64,000 nucleotides of DNA from Squalus acanthias (taxonomy: Eukaryota): assembly GCA_030390025.1 (NCBI GenBank), contig CM059432.1, forward strand, positions 49,478,001 through 49,542,000, written 5' to 3'. The notes beneath the pieces were generated by a model. It ran no database searches and had not been told where the DNA came from. It saw only the letters and a list, made by a program, of their open reading frames with translations. Shown piece after piece: positions 26,476 through 39,325 of the stretch (the first letter of the stretch is position 1; each line of letters begins with the position of its first letter). The translations under genes and the position numbers were made by a program.

Positions 26476-28471
26476 ACTATCTTTTTATCACTTGTATCTG
26501 GGATCCTTGTCTAACCTGTACTTCAATTTGCACCCCTATCAAGATGTGGAAACTTGTAGGAAATGTTAATTTATAATTTTATATGTCCACATTTTATATT
26601 ATGCTTGGTCATTTTAATTCTGATAAATGAACAGCTTGTGCAGGATAATATCAAATGTGATATTGAGCATTATATGTAATAATGATTCCTTACTGTATTT
26701 AACAGTAAACAGTTGCCAAATCAAAAATTCATGTTAACCTATATCCCTCTTTAGCCAAGATTGTATCATTGAGCTTCACTTTGTCAGTTTCTTCTTTAAA
26801 AAACTGAAACTTTATTTTAAGAATGATGTAAGTACCAACTGACCTCCCGTGGCATTGGTCATGGGTACTCGAGGGTCTGGAGCATGGTTGTGATTTTTAG
26901 CTACAAACCTAGCCTGTCCTCTTAAGGCTACTGCTTAAGTAGTACCTGTGGAAAAATAGTCTAAATAAGTCCTGAGGTCAATTAAAGTCCACTTGTTGTT
27001 GGTATTGGAAGCTTCTCTAGATTGGCAGCTGCTTGGTTCTTCTATTTGTTATCTCAACAACCTCTCCAAGTTATCTCAAGGGCATAAAATAGGGCAGGAA
27101 ATAAGTGGGTTTCTTTCCCTTTTTGCATAGCATTTTAAGATTGTTCATTTGTAACTGGTTAGTGTTTTATATAAACGGAAACATCTGAAGTGTGACAGAC
27201 ACTCAAAACTTTTATACATATTGATATATTGTGTTCACTCATGTCCAAATCCTGCTCGTGCAATGGTTTGCAAGCACACAAAGTTTAGTACTGAGTTGAA
27301 TTATTGATGCAGTTTTTCATTGTTTGAGATTATGATTTAATTAATGGAAACACCCTGACCATCCAGCATGCAAGATGTTTATGGTCATGAAGTTGTAATT
27401 AGAGGGAAGCAGAGAAGAAACTTTATGGGTTATTCTTCCTGCAGTGTGAATGCTGGTAGCTGGGGGAAATATGGGGATTGAATGGATGTTATCTTTCCTT
27501 ATTTCTGGTACTAAGGTGGGTGGAAGGTTTGAGTACTGGGCCATTAGAAAAGCTGCCTAAATGGCTCGGTGCTTGTCCAGCTCCAGGAATAGCCCATGTG
27601 TTATCACTTCAGATTGGTAAATGTCCTATAGATATTTTGTCCACGTTTATTGTGGAGGGTAATTGGGCTGTAATTGGGCTGTAATTGGAAGTACTCATTC
27701 ACAGCAAGTAGCAAAAAACTAAAATGTGTTCTTGAGGCCACAACCTCTACAACATTCATCTGAAATGGAGAGATGCAGCTCATGAATTCCTTGACAATGC
27801 AGTATGTTTGGTGTATTATTTTGTAATAGTCCTATTGCATTTTGCTGTATGTAGAGGTCCAAATTGAATGTCTCTACCTTATACTATTTTTGTCCAATAA
27901 ACTTATATAGTTACCATTATGGAATATTTTCAGAATTCAATTTCCTACTGGGGGTGTCAATGAAAGTCAATTTATGGAGAGTAGATGTGAGGGACGCTTT
28001 CATTCTCCATGCTGAGGCATGGATTTAAAGGGAGGTTGCATTTCAAGTAACTATCCCTTAGAACTCGGCGACTCAGTCAAAATGACTAAATAACAGTGAA
28101 GTGTAGAAGGCTGCAAACAGTCGATCTTTGCAGGATCAGCTATTTGCTTTTATGACTGCTGTAATTATTCTCCCTTTAATTTATTTGCTTAGAAGTATGC
28201 AAGGAACTTTCCTGAGTTTTTTTGTTCATAGTATCTAACTCTAGTAACAGCACATTCTTTAGCTGTTCTATGATGTGGATTAATGACCTTTGGTGCTGTC
28301 TGATTGGCATTTCCAGTGTAGGCCATTTTCATTTACATGAGAAACGTTGAGGCTTTCTGAGTGACTAACCTTCAACTAACCAGCTAACCTACCTTAATCC
28401 TTTCCTGATGGTGATTGATCTTTTCTGCATCTTCTTTTGATCAGTTTCTTTCCATTGGTCTTAAAGTGTAA

Positions 28472-29232
28472 GGGGTAAAAATTGAGTCGCGCCCCATTTG
28501 GGGCGCTAACCTCGCCGGGGCGCGACTTTTAGCGCCCCGAAAAAATTAGCGGCCCCGCGCCGGAACTTCAGTGGTTGCGCCCCAAGAGGGAAGCGGGGCG
28601 CAACTGGAAGCAGCCCGCATCCCTCTTGGGGCGCTGCGAGTGAATATCCTGGCGCTACGTGCCGCAGCGCCACGCGCTGCGGCACGTCGCGCCGCGGTAT
28701 TGCAGGCCTTCCTCCCCTTCTTAAAGGGGAGGGACCCTGCGCAGCGCGAACCGGGGCCCAGCTGGGCCCCCAGGGATCGGGAGTGCCAGCAAAAGAGCCC
28801 GGCACTCAAGAGAAGTGCCGGGCTCTTGGAGCGCAGCCGGCACTTCACGGTGGGGGGGCTTCACGGGGGCCGGGGGCAGGTGCTGGCAGGCGGCCAGCAA
28901 CAAAAATGGCCGCCTGCCACCTCCGCTTTAAATATCGCCGCCCCGGCCGCACGTACGCCTCCCTGAACCCGTCGGACATAGCATCTGGCGGTAAATCAGG
29001 GGGCACGACTGAAGATCACGGCCGGGGCGCGAGTGGGGTGCTGCGTACGGCGATGACGTCATCGCCGGCGGCGCAGCGCCACAGGGCGCTACCGGCTGCC
29101 GCCGCCGCTAACCTCCCACTAAATTTTTCGGGAGGCGTGGGCGGCGCTGTGCCCGGGCGTTAGCTGCTTTACGCCCCATTAGCGCCCTCTTAAGGCGCTA
29201 ACGGGAGGCGCAAGCAGCTGAATTTTTCCCCC
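28472..29232. mobile_element. Young, very CpG-rich Harbinger-type MITE
   Basis: TIR ggggtaaaaatt / aatttttccccc with TSD TAA. Dense undecayed CpGs. Confidence 0.88.
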
Positions 29233-29884
29233 TAACACTCTAGGAATTATTTGAGTTAGTTGAGTTAGACTGACAATAATGGAGGTCAGTTGAAAGGTCT
29301 TTTGCAGATCATTTCCTACATCTACTGTTGATTGCCTTTGCTGAAATTTGAGACAGAGGCTGAATCCCACAAAGATGTTTGTCTAAATTGGGCTGTTACC
29401 TATTTAATCCGATAAAATTTTCCTGCCACGGCACGGATTTGGCATTTTCCCAATCGTCTTGAAATGCATTTTGAGTATTATATTTCTTTTGCTCTTTTGT
29501 GCCCTACAACAGTTAATTGTTGTAAAAATCTCAATCACAAAAATAATCTATATATCCAACAATCACACTGTAATGGATAAATATGTACTACTTTTAAAGA
29601 TTAAAATTAGATGTTTCAATAATGCTTCTAGTACTAAAAGACCTTTTCAACTTTCCACATACAACATCCTCAGACAGGGCTTTGTCACAATTTTTTTGAA
29701 TGATCACTATTACAGAGAAGTAAAAGAGAAATAAAGCCAAATGAAGAACATTTCCTAATGCATAATATTCTCAAAACACTGTTTACAAAATGCTTTCATA
29801 TTCTATTTTAATTTTGGTGCAATTGGAATTCAAAACAAGTTAAGTTGATACCATGTGAAAATTGTTTAGGTTCCAAATACATTT

Positions 29885-30035
29885 GCCGGGGATTTCACAG
29901 GAGCTGCTCCTATTCTGCCATTGTAACTTTGCCGGAATTTCGGCAGAAACCCTGTTTGCACGTAAAGAGAGTTTCCGCTGCACTTCCGGTGAAGTGATGG
30001 CAGTGGAGCGGGAGCAGGTCGGAGGAAATTCCTGA
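29885..30035. mobile_element. ~150-bp palindromic MITE
   Basis: gccggggatttc...gaaattcctgac, with complementary inner arms (ctgctcc/ggagcag, ctgccat/atggcag). Confidence 0.7.
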
Positions 30036-30058
30036 CTATTATTTCCATCAGTGACAAT

Positions 30059-31874
30059 GGCTGGAATTTTGCCGGCGCTCAGAGGGCGGGTTTGGAGGTG
30101 TGTCCGCTGTCAAAATAGCAAAGATTGACAGCGGATAGGAAACCTGCTGTCAACCCGCCTCCACGCGAGTCTCCCGGGTATCGGGTCTGTCAGCGAAGAA
30201 CTGACCCCACACCAAGCAGCGGGGGAGATAATTGTGCTCATTAAATGGCTTGTTAAGAGCCAATTTAATGGTACTTTGAGATGTCTTTCCAATCTTACGT
30301 GCTCCCCCACGGGTTACCCGCTGCTCGGGGAACACGCTAGCTTACCCTGTCATGAGTTGAGTCTGCTCTGATGTATCTGATAAGCTGACAGCTGCAGAAG
30401 TGGTGTAAAGGATGCCATGTTGCAGATGGTCAGTTTCAGAGCACAGAAACTGTTGGTTACTGCATTTGTAATACATATAGATATTTCTTTAGCTTGTAAG
30501 TGTTTAGAGGCAACTGTATGTCCAGTGCCACCTCATTGGAACAACCTTTTTCACCATTGACAGATCGCTTCTGTCATCTCACCTGCAGCTGCCTTGTAGT
30601 GCAGCAACATCGGTGCCCTTGAAAAAATCAGACCTTGGTCCTCTGAATCCTTCCACGATCAGCCTCAACACCAATATCACCAGGCACACCAACATCACCA
30701 ACAACATCACCAACCTTCTCCGCCATCACCTGATGCTGCACAGGACACAGGGCATCAGCCCCTGACAACATTGCTGCCCGGGAGGCCAGCGATGGCATCA
30801 CCATGGCCAGATTTACTTCACTTGACGCTGTAAATCCTGGCTGCCACATGATGCGCCAGGTTGACACCATCCCAGACCAGCACCATAAAGCATCCGTTTA
30901 ATGTCCAAGCCATTCCATGCACACTCATCACTATAGCGGGGGTGGGGGGGGGGGGGGGGGGGCGGAGGAGGGGGGGGGAGTTATTTGCCAACATTCACTG
31001 GAACTCAGTAAGATACTTTTCAAGGTGCACACAGATCTGTCCAATAAGGGGAAGTGTTGAAAATATAGATTTCACTGTATGACAACTCATTACCAGAAAC
31101 TTCACATGGACGTTGGCTAAACCTCTCAAGTGCCTACCCTTGTGTGTTGTTAGTTGGTATGCTTGCAGTAGGATGAGGGTGAGTGGGAGGGGTGGCTAAT
31201 GAGATGGGGAAGTGATAATGTAGAGAGAGAGGGTTGGGTGGAGGTGCAAGGTAAGTTGGTGTGAGTAAGGATGTGCAGGAGAAGGGTATGGAAAGCAGAG
31301 TGATGGGGATGTGTTGCGTGGCACAGCAGAGTGAGTTTGAGTGTGGCTTTGCAGTAACGTTTCGTGATCCACTGAGATCATTGAAAGGTTGCCGCCACCG
31401 CAACCAGGGACCCTTGACGACATTCCTGCTTTTGCCCTCCTGTGCAATGTGCAACCAGGCTGCGTTGGTGTCCTGGGGAGGTCTCTTCCGCCCTTGGAAG
31501 GGAAGAGAACCTCCCTGCGTGCTGCGACTCCCTTCATAAGCATATGGAGGGAGTCATTGGAGAGCCTGGGTGTAAGCGTCAACCTTTGTGCAATGCTTGT
31601 CAATGTTTGCAGCATCTCAATGCTGTCAAACACTGACAGAACAACTGTCAAGCTCAATGTTCCCGTGGTCCCTTTAAGGAAACCGGCTGATGACGCATCA
31701 TCAAATGATGTCATCAGACCCGCTTCCTGTTAATTGGCCGGGAAGCCCGCAAGCCTTAACAAGGCCAATTAAGGGAATATGCCTTTGACAGAGCAGCTAC
31801 AGCCAGGATCGGGACTAAAACCTGGAAACGAGCTCTCCCGCCACCATCCCGACGCCGCTGAGAAAATCGCGGCC
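30059..31874 (-). mobile_element. Non-autonomous Harbinger with Myb/SANT remnant (inverted copy)
   Basis: TIR ggctggaatttt / aaaatcgcggcc with TSD AAT. Remnant TPRLSNDSLHMLMKGVAARREVLFP on the minus strand. Confidence 0.88.
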
Positions 31875-32429
31875 AATGTGGCTATTATTAGCCTTACTTA
31901 TCAATCTAATATTATAAAAATGGTGGAGGAGAAATTCGTGTGGCTTGTGCCACACGTTAACTCCAGGAGATGGCGCTAAAGTGCCTTTGACAGCTGTAAC
32001 AACAGCTGATGCCGGTTCCAGCACCGCATGCCATATCGGTGTTGCCGGTCGTGCTGCCGGTAACCTCGATCACTAGGGAGCTCGCTATGATGGAGATCGT
32101 GACGTCAGTGAGTGTGCAACGCTCACTAGACGCCCAATCTCACAACTTTGTTTTTAAAAATGTACTTATCGGCTGGAGAAAGCAACGTCAACTTCAGGTG
32201 GCGTGCAGCAGCAGGAAGCCGGCTCTAGCGATGCTATTTAAAGGGATCCTCACCAATCACTCACACCTGTCAGGGTTTTGCAGTTTGAGTGGCTGTGTGC
32301 TACTTCCTGCTACTGGAAGAGTTTTCCTTATTCATTCCAAGGTTCTTTGGTATCAGTGAGTGTTCTGGCAAATACAAAACTCCCTCATTATTTTTGAAAG
32401 GCTTCAAAGTACAACACTTGCTAAAAATA

Positions 32430-33040
32430 ACTCACTCACTTAATGTGCAGTTGATGTGCGACCACAGACAGCGAATCCTCAATGTCAATGCCCGCTATCC
32501 TGGCAGCAGCCACGATGCCTTCATCCTGTGTCAGACCGGTGTGCCAGCACTCTTCCAGCCACCACATCAAGCTCGAGGGTGGCTGCTCGGAGACAAGGGC
32601 TAGCCACTCTCCATCTGGCTCATGACTCCCCTCCGCAACCCCAATGCTCGTGCCCAGCACTCATATAATGAGAGCCATGCTGCCACCAGGAACATCATCA
32701 AGCAGACCATCGGCTTATTGAAGCAACGGTTCCGCTGCTTTGACCGCTCAGGAGGAGCCCTCCAGTACTGGCCAGAGCGGGTGTCCCATTTTGTGGTGGT
32801 CTGCTGCATGCTGTATAACATGGCCATCATGAGGGTGCAGCCCTTGCCAGCAGGGATTGTGAGATCACCTCAGGAGGGTGACGAGGCAGAGGCGGATGAG
32901 GATGAGGATGAAGAGGAGGATGATGAGGAAGAGGACGAGGAGGAGGAGGAGGAGGAACAGGAGGGAGGGAGGAGCCAGTGAGACAATCGGCCTTCCGGTC
33001 GGGCTGTCTGAGACCGGCTCATCAGACTGCGATTCAAATG
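32430..33040 (+). pseudogene. Harbinger (HARBI1-like) DDE transposase, C-terminal fragment
   Basis: HSLNVQLMCD..YPGSSHDAFIL..WLLGDKG*P..MTPLRNP..YNESHAATRNIIKQTIGLLKQRFRC..CCMLYN plus an acidic tail. One in-frame stop; N-terminus missing. Confidence 0.9.
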
Positions 33041-33393
33041 AATGAAACCCCAGATCCCCATTGCTCACCACATCCCCTTCATACCATCCCTGTCTCATGT
33101 CATATCACAGCATCCTCCTGGGCATGAAGGTGAAATGAGAGAGACCATAAAATATTCCAAACACTATTAATAAATGTATCTATAAATATATCATACATAT
33201 CACATGAATTCTAATAACTAATGACCCTTGTGCCTGCCATAGTTGAATAGCTGTCATTGTGTGCAAGGTGTGAGATGTGGGTGTGAGTGTCGCTAGGTAG
33301 AGATTGTTGGTGGGTGAGTGCTGGGGGTGTGGTACATTGAGCAGTGTGTGAAGCTTGTGGTGGTTTGTAGCATTTGTTGAAGCCTTCACTCAC

Positions 33394-33625
33394 CTTGACC
33401 ACCCGTGAGAGCACGTTAAACTTCCTCCTGCACTGGGTGTGGGACCTCGGAACCACAGTGCTGCCCGTGACGTGGTGTGCCATCTCCCTCCACATAGTCC
33501 GGCAGACTTCTGGCGAGGGCCTCCTGCCAGTTGGTACAGAACCTTCTCTCCACCGTTAAAACCAATGCCTCCAAACCTTCCTCAGAAAACTTTCGGGCTC
33601 TCTCCCTAGGGCGGCGATCTGCCAT
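33394..33625 (-). pseudogene. Harbinger Myb/SANT-like DNA-binding protein, exon 1 remnant
   Basis: MADRRPRERARKFSEEGLEALV..., then frameshifted WREMA..PRSHTQCRRKFNVLSRVVK, ending at donor AAG|GTGAGT. Confidence 0.8.
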
Positions 33626-34389
33626 CAGCATTTATAAATAAGTGCTCCTTCTCTTTGTCCTTCTTCTTATGGTTGTTGAGGCAGCTGCACACCCAACAAT
33701 GCTGAGAATGAGGTGCTGCAGCATCAATGAACCTCCCCTTTAAGTAGTGAAAAAAGCCGGTGGCAATCATTATTTTCATTTAGTCTACACCCGATATTGT
33801 TCCATATTTTCAGTGTAACGCCAATGAGCTTGGGTTTTTAGACGAGAATCATGACTGCAATCAATTTAATGAGGAGTGAGGATGAATTTTGTGTACAGTT
33901 TAGACGATTTTAAGCTGGTGCTACTTAACCATATTTAGTCTAAACACTGCCCATTCCGTGGCTACCTGTTGGTTACATTTTTCTTTTCCTGTCCAGCCCA
34001 CTTCAGGTGTCATAGTCAAATTTTTGTAGCACACAAAAGAATAAAGAAACAAAGGCAAGCATTGTACACAGCAGCCAAGTTTGTAAACTCTGAATAACTT
34101 TAGCAAATACACAGTAACAGAAAGAGAAATTTAGGATTATGACCTGCAGCCTTAAGAGCAATTAAACTTTGATCTTATCCAATGTTTATTTAAAGTAATA
34201 TCCATTGTTTATTTAAAAGTAATTAGACATGGTGGGGGATTCATTCCTGTGTTAGATTAAAGTGGCACTTGGATGGATCTCCAATTGAGAGGCAAGAATT
34301 TGAGGTGGAATCCAGATCTATCTTAACATTAGACAGTGTGATGCAACAATTCAGAAAGAAATGCCCTTGCAAATGGGGAAAGTTGGTAG

Positions 34390-34720
34390 CAGTTGGAACC
34401 CAGCGTCACCATGAATCACTCCCAGGTCAGACATAAAGAAAATCTCTCTTTATTCTGTCCTGACCCAAGTTCAGAACAATATCCCCTACTGCAACTGGGT
34501 GATTTAAAAAAAAATCCACACAAGTCATCTTTATGGCTTCTCTGACTCAGATGGCCAACAGTGCCAACTTATAGGCAGTTTTGTGGAATCCATGGCCATT
34601 AGGATATGGGTTGAATCTGCTCAAACTTATTTCATGTAGGATCTTTACAGCTGACAATGAGAGTAGACTTTTATCCCAACAACAGGGAGTGGATCTGAAT
34701 CCAGGTCATAGAGGTGAAAT
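34390..34720 (-). repeat. Old tRNA-derived SINE-like repeat
   Basis: Minus strand has a B-box-like head tttcacctctatgacctggattcagatcc. Body shared with 23245-23450. Confidence 0.5.
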
Positions 34721-34857
34721 TTCATCATAAACGTGTCCCCGAATAGGCAGGGATTCCAAAAAGGATTAATGATTGACACAAGGACAATTTTTTAAGAGTC
34801 AAAGTTTTCCTACTGCACTGTAAGTTATTAGAAAGTGTGGCTATTGCTTTGTTATTA

Positions 34858-37800
34858 TCATAGAATCATACAGCACAGAAGGAGGCCATTCACCCCACCG
34901 TGTCTGTGCTGGCTCTTTGAGGAGCTATCCAATTAGTCCGACTCCCCTGCGTTTTCACCATAGCCTTGCAAGTTTTGCCTTTTCAAGTATATATCCAATT
35001 CCCTTTTGACAGTTACTATTGAATCTGCTTCCACCACCTTTTCAGACAGCGCATTCCAGATCATAACAACTCGCTGCGTAAAAACATTTCTCCTCATCTC
35101 CCCCCTGGCTTTTTTGTCAATTATCTTCAATCCGTGGCCTCTGGTTACCGTTCCCTTGCCAGTGGAAACAGTTTCTCACTATCTACTCCATCAAAACCCC
35201 TTATAATTTTGAACGACTCTATTAAATCACCCCTTAACTGTCTCTACTCTAAGGAGAACAATCCCAGCTTCTCTAGTACCACTACGTAGCATAGTGGTAG
35301 TGTCACTGGGTTAGTAATCCAGAGGCCTGGACTAATGATCCAAAAAACGTGATTTCAAATCCCACCATGGCAGCTGGGGAATTTAAATTCAGTTAATTAA
35401 ATAAATCTGGAATAAAAAGCTAGTATCAGTAATGGTGACCATGAAACTGTCGGATTGTTGTAATAAACCCACCTGGTTCACTAATCTGCCATCCTTACCA
35501 GACCCACAGCAATGTGGTTGACTCTTAACTGCCCTCTGAAATGGCCTAGCAAGCCACTCAGTTGTAAGAAACCACTACAAAGCACAATAATAAGGATGGA
35601 CCATACGGACACGGCAACGGCACACCCAGCCCAGTTGACCATGCAAAGTCCTCCTCACCAACATCTGGGGACTTGTGCCAAAATTGGGAGAGCTGTCCCA
35701 CAGCAGTCAAGCCTGACATAGTCATATGCACAGAATCATACTTTTCAGCCAATGTCCCAAACTCCTCCATCATCATCACTGGCAGGACAGAACCACCAGG
35801 GGTGGTACACAGTCGGGAAGGAGTGGCCCTGGGAGTCCTCAACATTGACTCCGGACCCCATCAGGTCAAGCATGGGCAAGGAAACCTCCTGCTGATTACC
35901 ACCTACCGCCCTCCCTCAGCTGATGAATCAGTACTCCTCCATGTTGAACACTTCTTGGAAGAAGCACTGAGAGTAGCAAGGGGACAGAAGGTACTCTGGG
36001 TGGGGGACTTCAATGACCATCACCAAGAATGGCTCAGTAGCACCACTACTGGCCGAGTCCTGAAGGACTTAACTGCCAGTCTAGGCCTGCCACAGGTGGT
36101 GAAAGAACCAACACGAGAAGAAAAACCTGCTTGACCTCGTCCTTACCAATCGATCTGTCCATGACAGTATTGGTAGCAGTGACCACCGTGCAGTAATTGT
36201 GGACACGAAGTCCCGTCTTCACACTGAGGACACCCTCCGTTGTGTTGCACTACCACCATGCTAAATGGGATAGATTCAAAACAGGGCATCCAGTGGGGCA
36301 GCAGCAGAATTGTATTCCACCACAATCTGTAACCTCATGGCCTGGCATATCCCTCACGCTACCATTACCATCAAGCCAGGGAACCAACCCTGGTTCAATA
36401 AGGAGTGCAGAAGAGCATGCTAGGAGCAGCACCAGGCATACCTAAAAATGAGGTGCCAACCTGGGGAAGCTGCAACACAGGACTACATGCATGTTAAAAA
36501 GCGGAAGTAGCATGCTATAGACAGGGCTAAGTGATCCCACAATCAACGGATCAGATCAAAGCTCTGCAGTCCTGCCACATCCAGTTGTGAATGGTGGTGG
36601 ACCATTAAACAACTAATGGGAGGAAGAGGCTCCATGAATGTCCTCATCCTCAATGATGGTGGAGCCCAGCACGTGAGTGCAAAAGACAAGGCTGTGAAGC
36701 GTTTGCAACCATCTTCAGCCAGAAGTGCTGAGTGGATGATCCATATCGGCCTACTCCTGAGGTCCCCACCATCACAGAAGCCAGTCTTCAGCCAATTCGA
36801 TTCAAGAAACGGCTGAGCGCAGTGGATATAGCAAAGACTATGGGCCCCGACAACATCCCGGCTATCGTGCTGAAGACTTGTGCTCCAGAACTAGCCGCAC
36901 CTCTAGCCAAGCTGTTCCAGTACAGCTACAACACTGGCATCTATCCGACAATGTGGAAAACTGCCCAGATATGTCCTGTCCACAAAAAGCAGGACAAATC
37001 CAACCCAGCCAATTATCGCCCCATCAGTCTACTCTCAATCATCAGCAAAGTGATAGAAGGTGTCATCGACAGTGCTATCAAGTGGCACTTACTCACTAAT
37101 AACCTGCTCACTGATGCCCAGTTTGAGTTCCGCCAAGACCACTCGGCTCCCGAACTCATTACAGCCTTGGTCCAAACATTGACAAAGGAGCTGAATTCCA
37201 GAGGTGAGGTGAGAGTGACTGCCCTTGACATCAAGGCAGCATTTGACCGAGTGTGGCATCAAGGAACCCTAGTAAAACTGAAGTCAATGGGAATCGGGGG
37301 GAAAATGCTCCACTAGGCCCAACTATCGTCAGCTGCTTCATCAATGATCTTCTCTCCAATATAAGGTCAGAAATGGGGATGTTCGCTGATGACTGCACAG
37401 AGTTCAGCGGCATTCATAACTCCTCAGATAATGAAGCAGTCCATGCCCGCATGCAACAAGACCTGGATGACATTCAGGCTTGAGCTGATAAGTGGCAGGT
37501 AACATTCGTGCAACACAAGTGCCAGGCAATGACTATCTCCAACAAGCGAGAGTCTAACCACTGCCCCTTGACATTCAATGGCATTACCATCGCCGAATCC
37601 CCCACCATCAACATCCTGGGGGCCACCATTGACCAGAAACTTAACTGGACCAGCCACATAAATACTGTGGCACCAAGAGCAGGTCAGAGGCTGGGTATTC
37701 TGCAGCGAGTGTCTCACCTCCTGACTCCCCAAAGCCTTTCCACCATCTACAAGGCACAAGTAAGGAGTGTGATGGAATACTCACCACTTGCCTGGATGAG

Positions 37801-38405
37801 TGCAGCTCCAACAACACTCAAGAAGCTCGACACCATCCAGGACAAAGCAGCTCGCTTGATTGGCACCCCATCCACCACCTTAAACATTCACTCCCTCCAC
37901 CACCGGCGTACCATGGTTGCAGTGTGTACCATCTACAAGATGCACTGCAGCAACTCACCAAGGCTTCTTCGGCAGCACCTCCCAAACCCGCGACCTCTTC
38001 CACTTAGAAGGACAAGGGCATCAGGTGCATGGGAACACCACCACCTCCAAGTCACACACCATTCTGACTTTGAAGTATATCGCCGATCCTTCATCCTCGC
38101 TGGGTCAAAATCCTGGAAATCCCTCCCTAACAGCACTGTTGGAGTACCTTCACCACATGGACTGCAGCAGTTCAAGAATGCGGCTCACCACCACCTTCTC
38201 AAGGGCAATTAGGGATGGGCAATAAATGCTGGCCTTGCCAGTGACGCCCACATCCCATAAACGAATTAAAGAAAAACTGAAGTCCCTCATCCCTGGTGCT
38301 ATACTGCATCCTATCCAAGGCCTTGATATCCTTCCTAAAGTCTGGTGCCCAGAATTGGACACGATAATCTAACTGAGGCCTAACCAATGGTTTATAAAGG
38401 TTCAC
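34858..38405 (-). mobile_element. CR1 3' fragment (34858-35275 and 38275-38405) split by a LINE insertion
   Basis: Tail atcatagaatcatacagcacagaagg. RRNVFTQRVVMIWNAL and [15 protein letters not shown] pieces are colinear across the insert. Confidence 0.85.
35286..38270 (+). mobile_element. Single-ORF (APE-RT) CR1/L2-group LINE with a tRNA-like SINE-type 5' head; decayed
   Basis: A box tagcatagtgg (35287) and B-box-like atttcaaatccc (35352). APE starts ~35645 (KVLLTNIWGL..DIVICTES..YRPP..VGDFN). RT motifs ALDIKAAFD and FADDC. Tail aagggcaattagggatgggcaataaatgctggcc. Confidence 0.85.
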
Positions 38406-39325
38406 CATTGAAGTAGTGACAGTACAGTTTAATTATGTGTTGTGGCTGAAATCTAATTTTAAGAAGTATTCGTATTACGTTGTCTTTATTTTGAGTTTTG
38501 AAGCTAAACCTTCAATTAAAATAGAATCAATACTGCAATATAACAGATTCTAGCAGTGGTGAAAGTAGTAGAGTATTGCCAATACTCACAATTCTATGAA
38601 CGATTTTTTGATTTTACCTTATTGTTTTCATACACGTAATTGACAGCGGTAGGAGAGAAAGATAAATTGCCTCTCTTTTCCCCTTGAATCATGCACATTA
38701 AAACAATAATGCAAAATTAAAAAAATCACTATTGAAGTTGTGTGTGTTAGCATTAACTTGCAGCATGCAGCCATTGAATCTCTTTCCAGTTCAGTTGTAT
38801 TAAATCACACCTGTAAAATAAATATTAAAATCACTTAATTATTTTAACATTAATTCTGAATTATGTGACATTTGGAAATACTACTGAACTTATACCTGCT
38901 ATACATAGAAACAATTTTGTAAGGTCAACTTTCCTTATTAGGCTGAAAGTGGTGGCAGGACACCCTTATCTATATGTTAAGTGTGCTGTAGAGACAGAGA
39001 AATGCATGAGTCATCTTGTTGAAACAGTAATGTTGGTAATTAAGATTAATGTTCAAACTGGATTTGTGGAATAGTGGTCAAAACCACCATGAAAAATGTC
39101 CTCTCAGCTCATTGGAAAGAATGTCTTAAAAACTTTTATTCAGTTGGGCAAGCAAGCTTACCACAAGGTTGAGAAACCCCCAAAATGTTTACAATTCTTC
39201 CATGCTGCTTAATTAGATTTTCTGAGAGCGAGAAAGTTACACTGGCTATTTGTGCGACCACACGTTTTGATTATTGAACTTCATGTATCTATTCTGGAGT
39301 AGCCAGAATCTAAAGTAATATTTTA

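Larger units (their letters stand above)
31925..33896. mobile_element. Decayed Harbinger transposon with convergent transposase and Myb/SANT genes (boundaries approximate)
   Basis: Transposase fragment on + and Myb/SANT fragment on -. Harbinger-like left end ggaggagaaattcg. Confidence 0.75.

Noticed and set aside
32430..33040. Domesticated host HARBI1 gene
   Set aside because: N-terminus missing, in-frame stop present, and paired with a decayed Myb/SANT gene in transposon layout.
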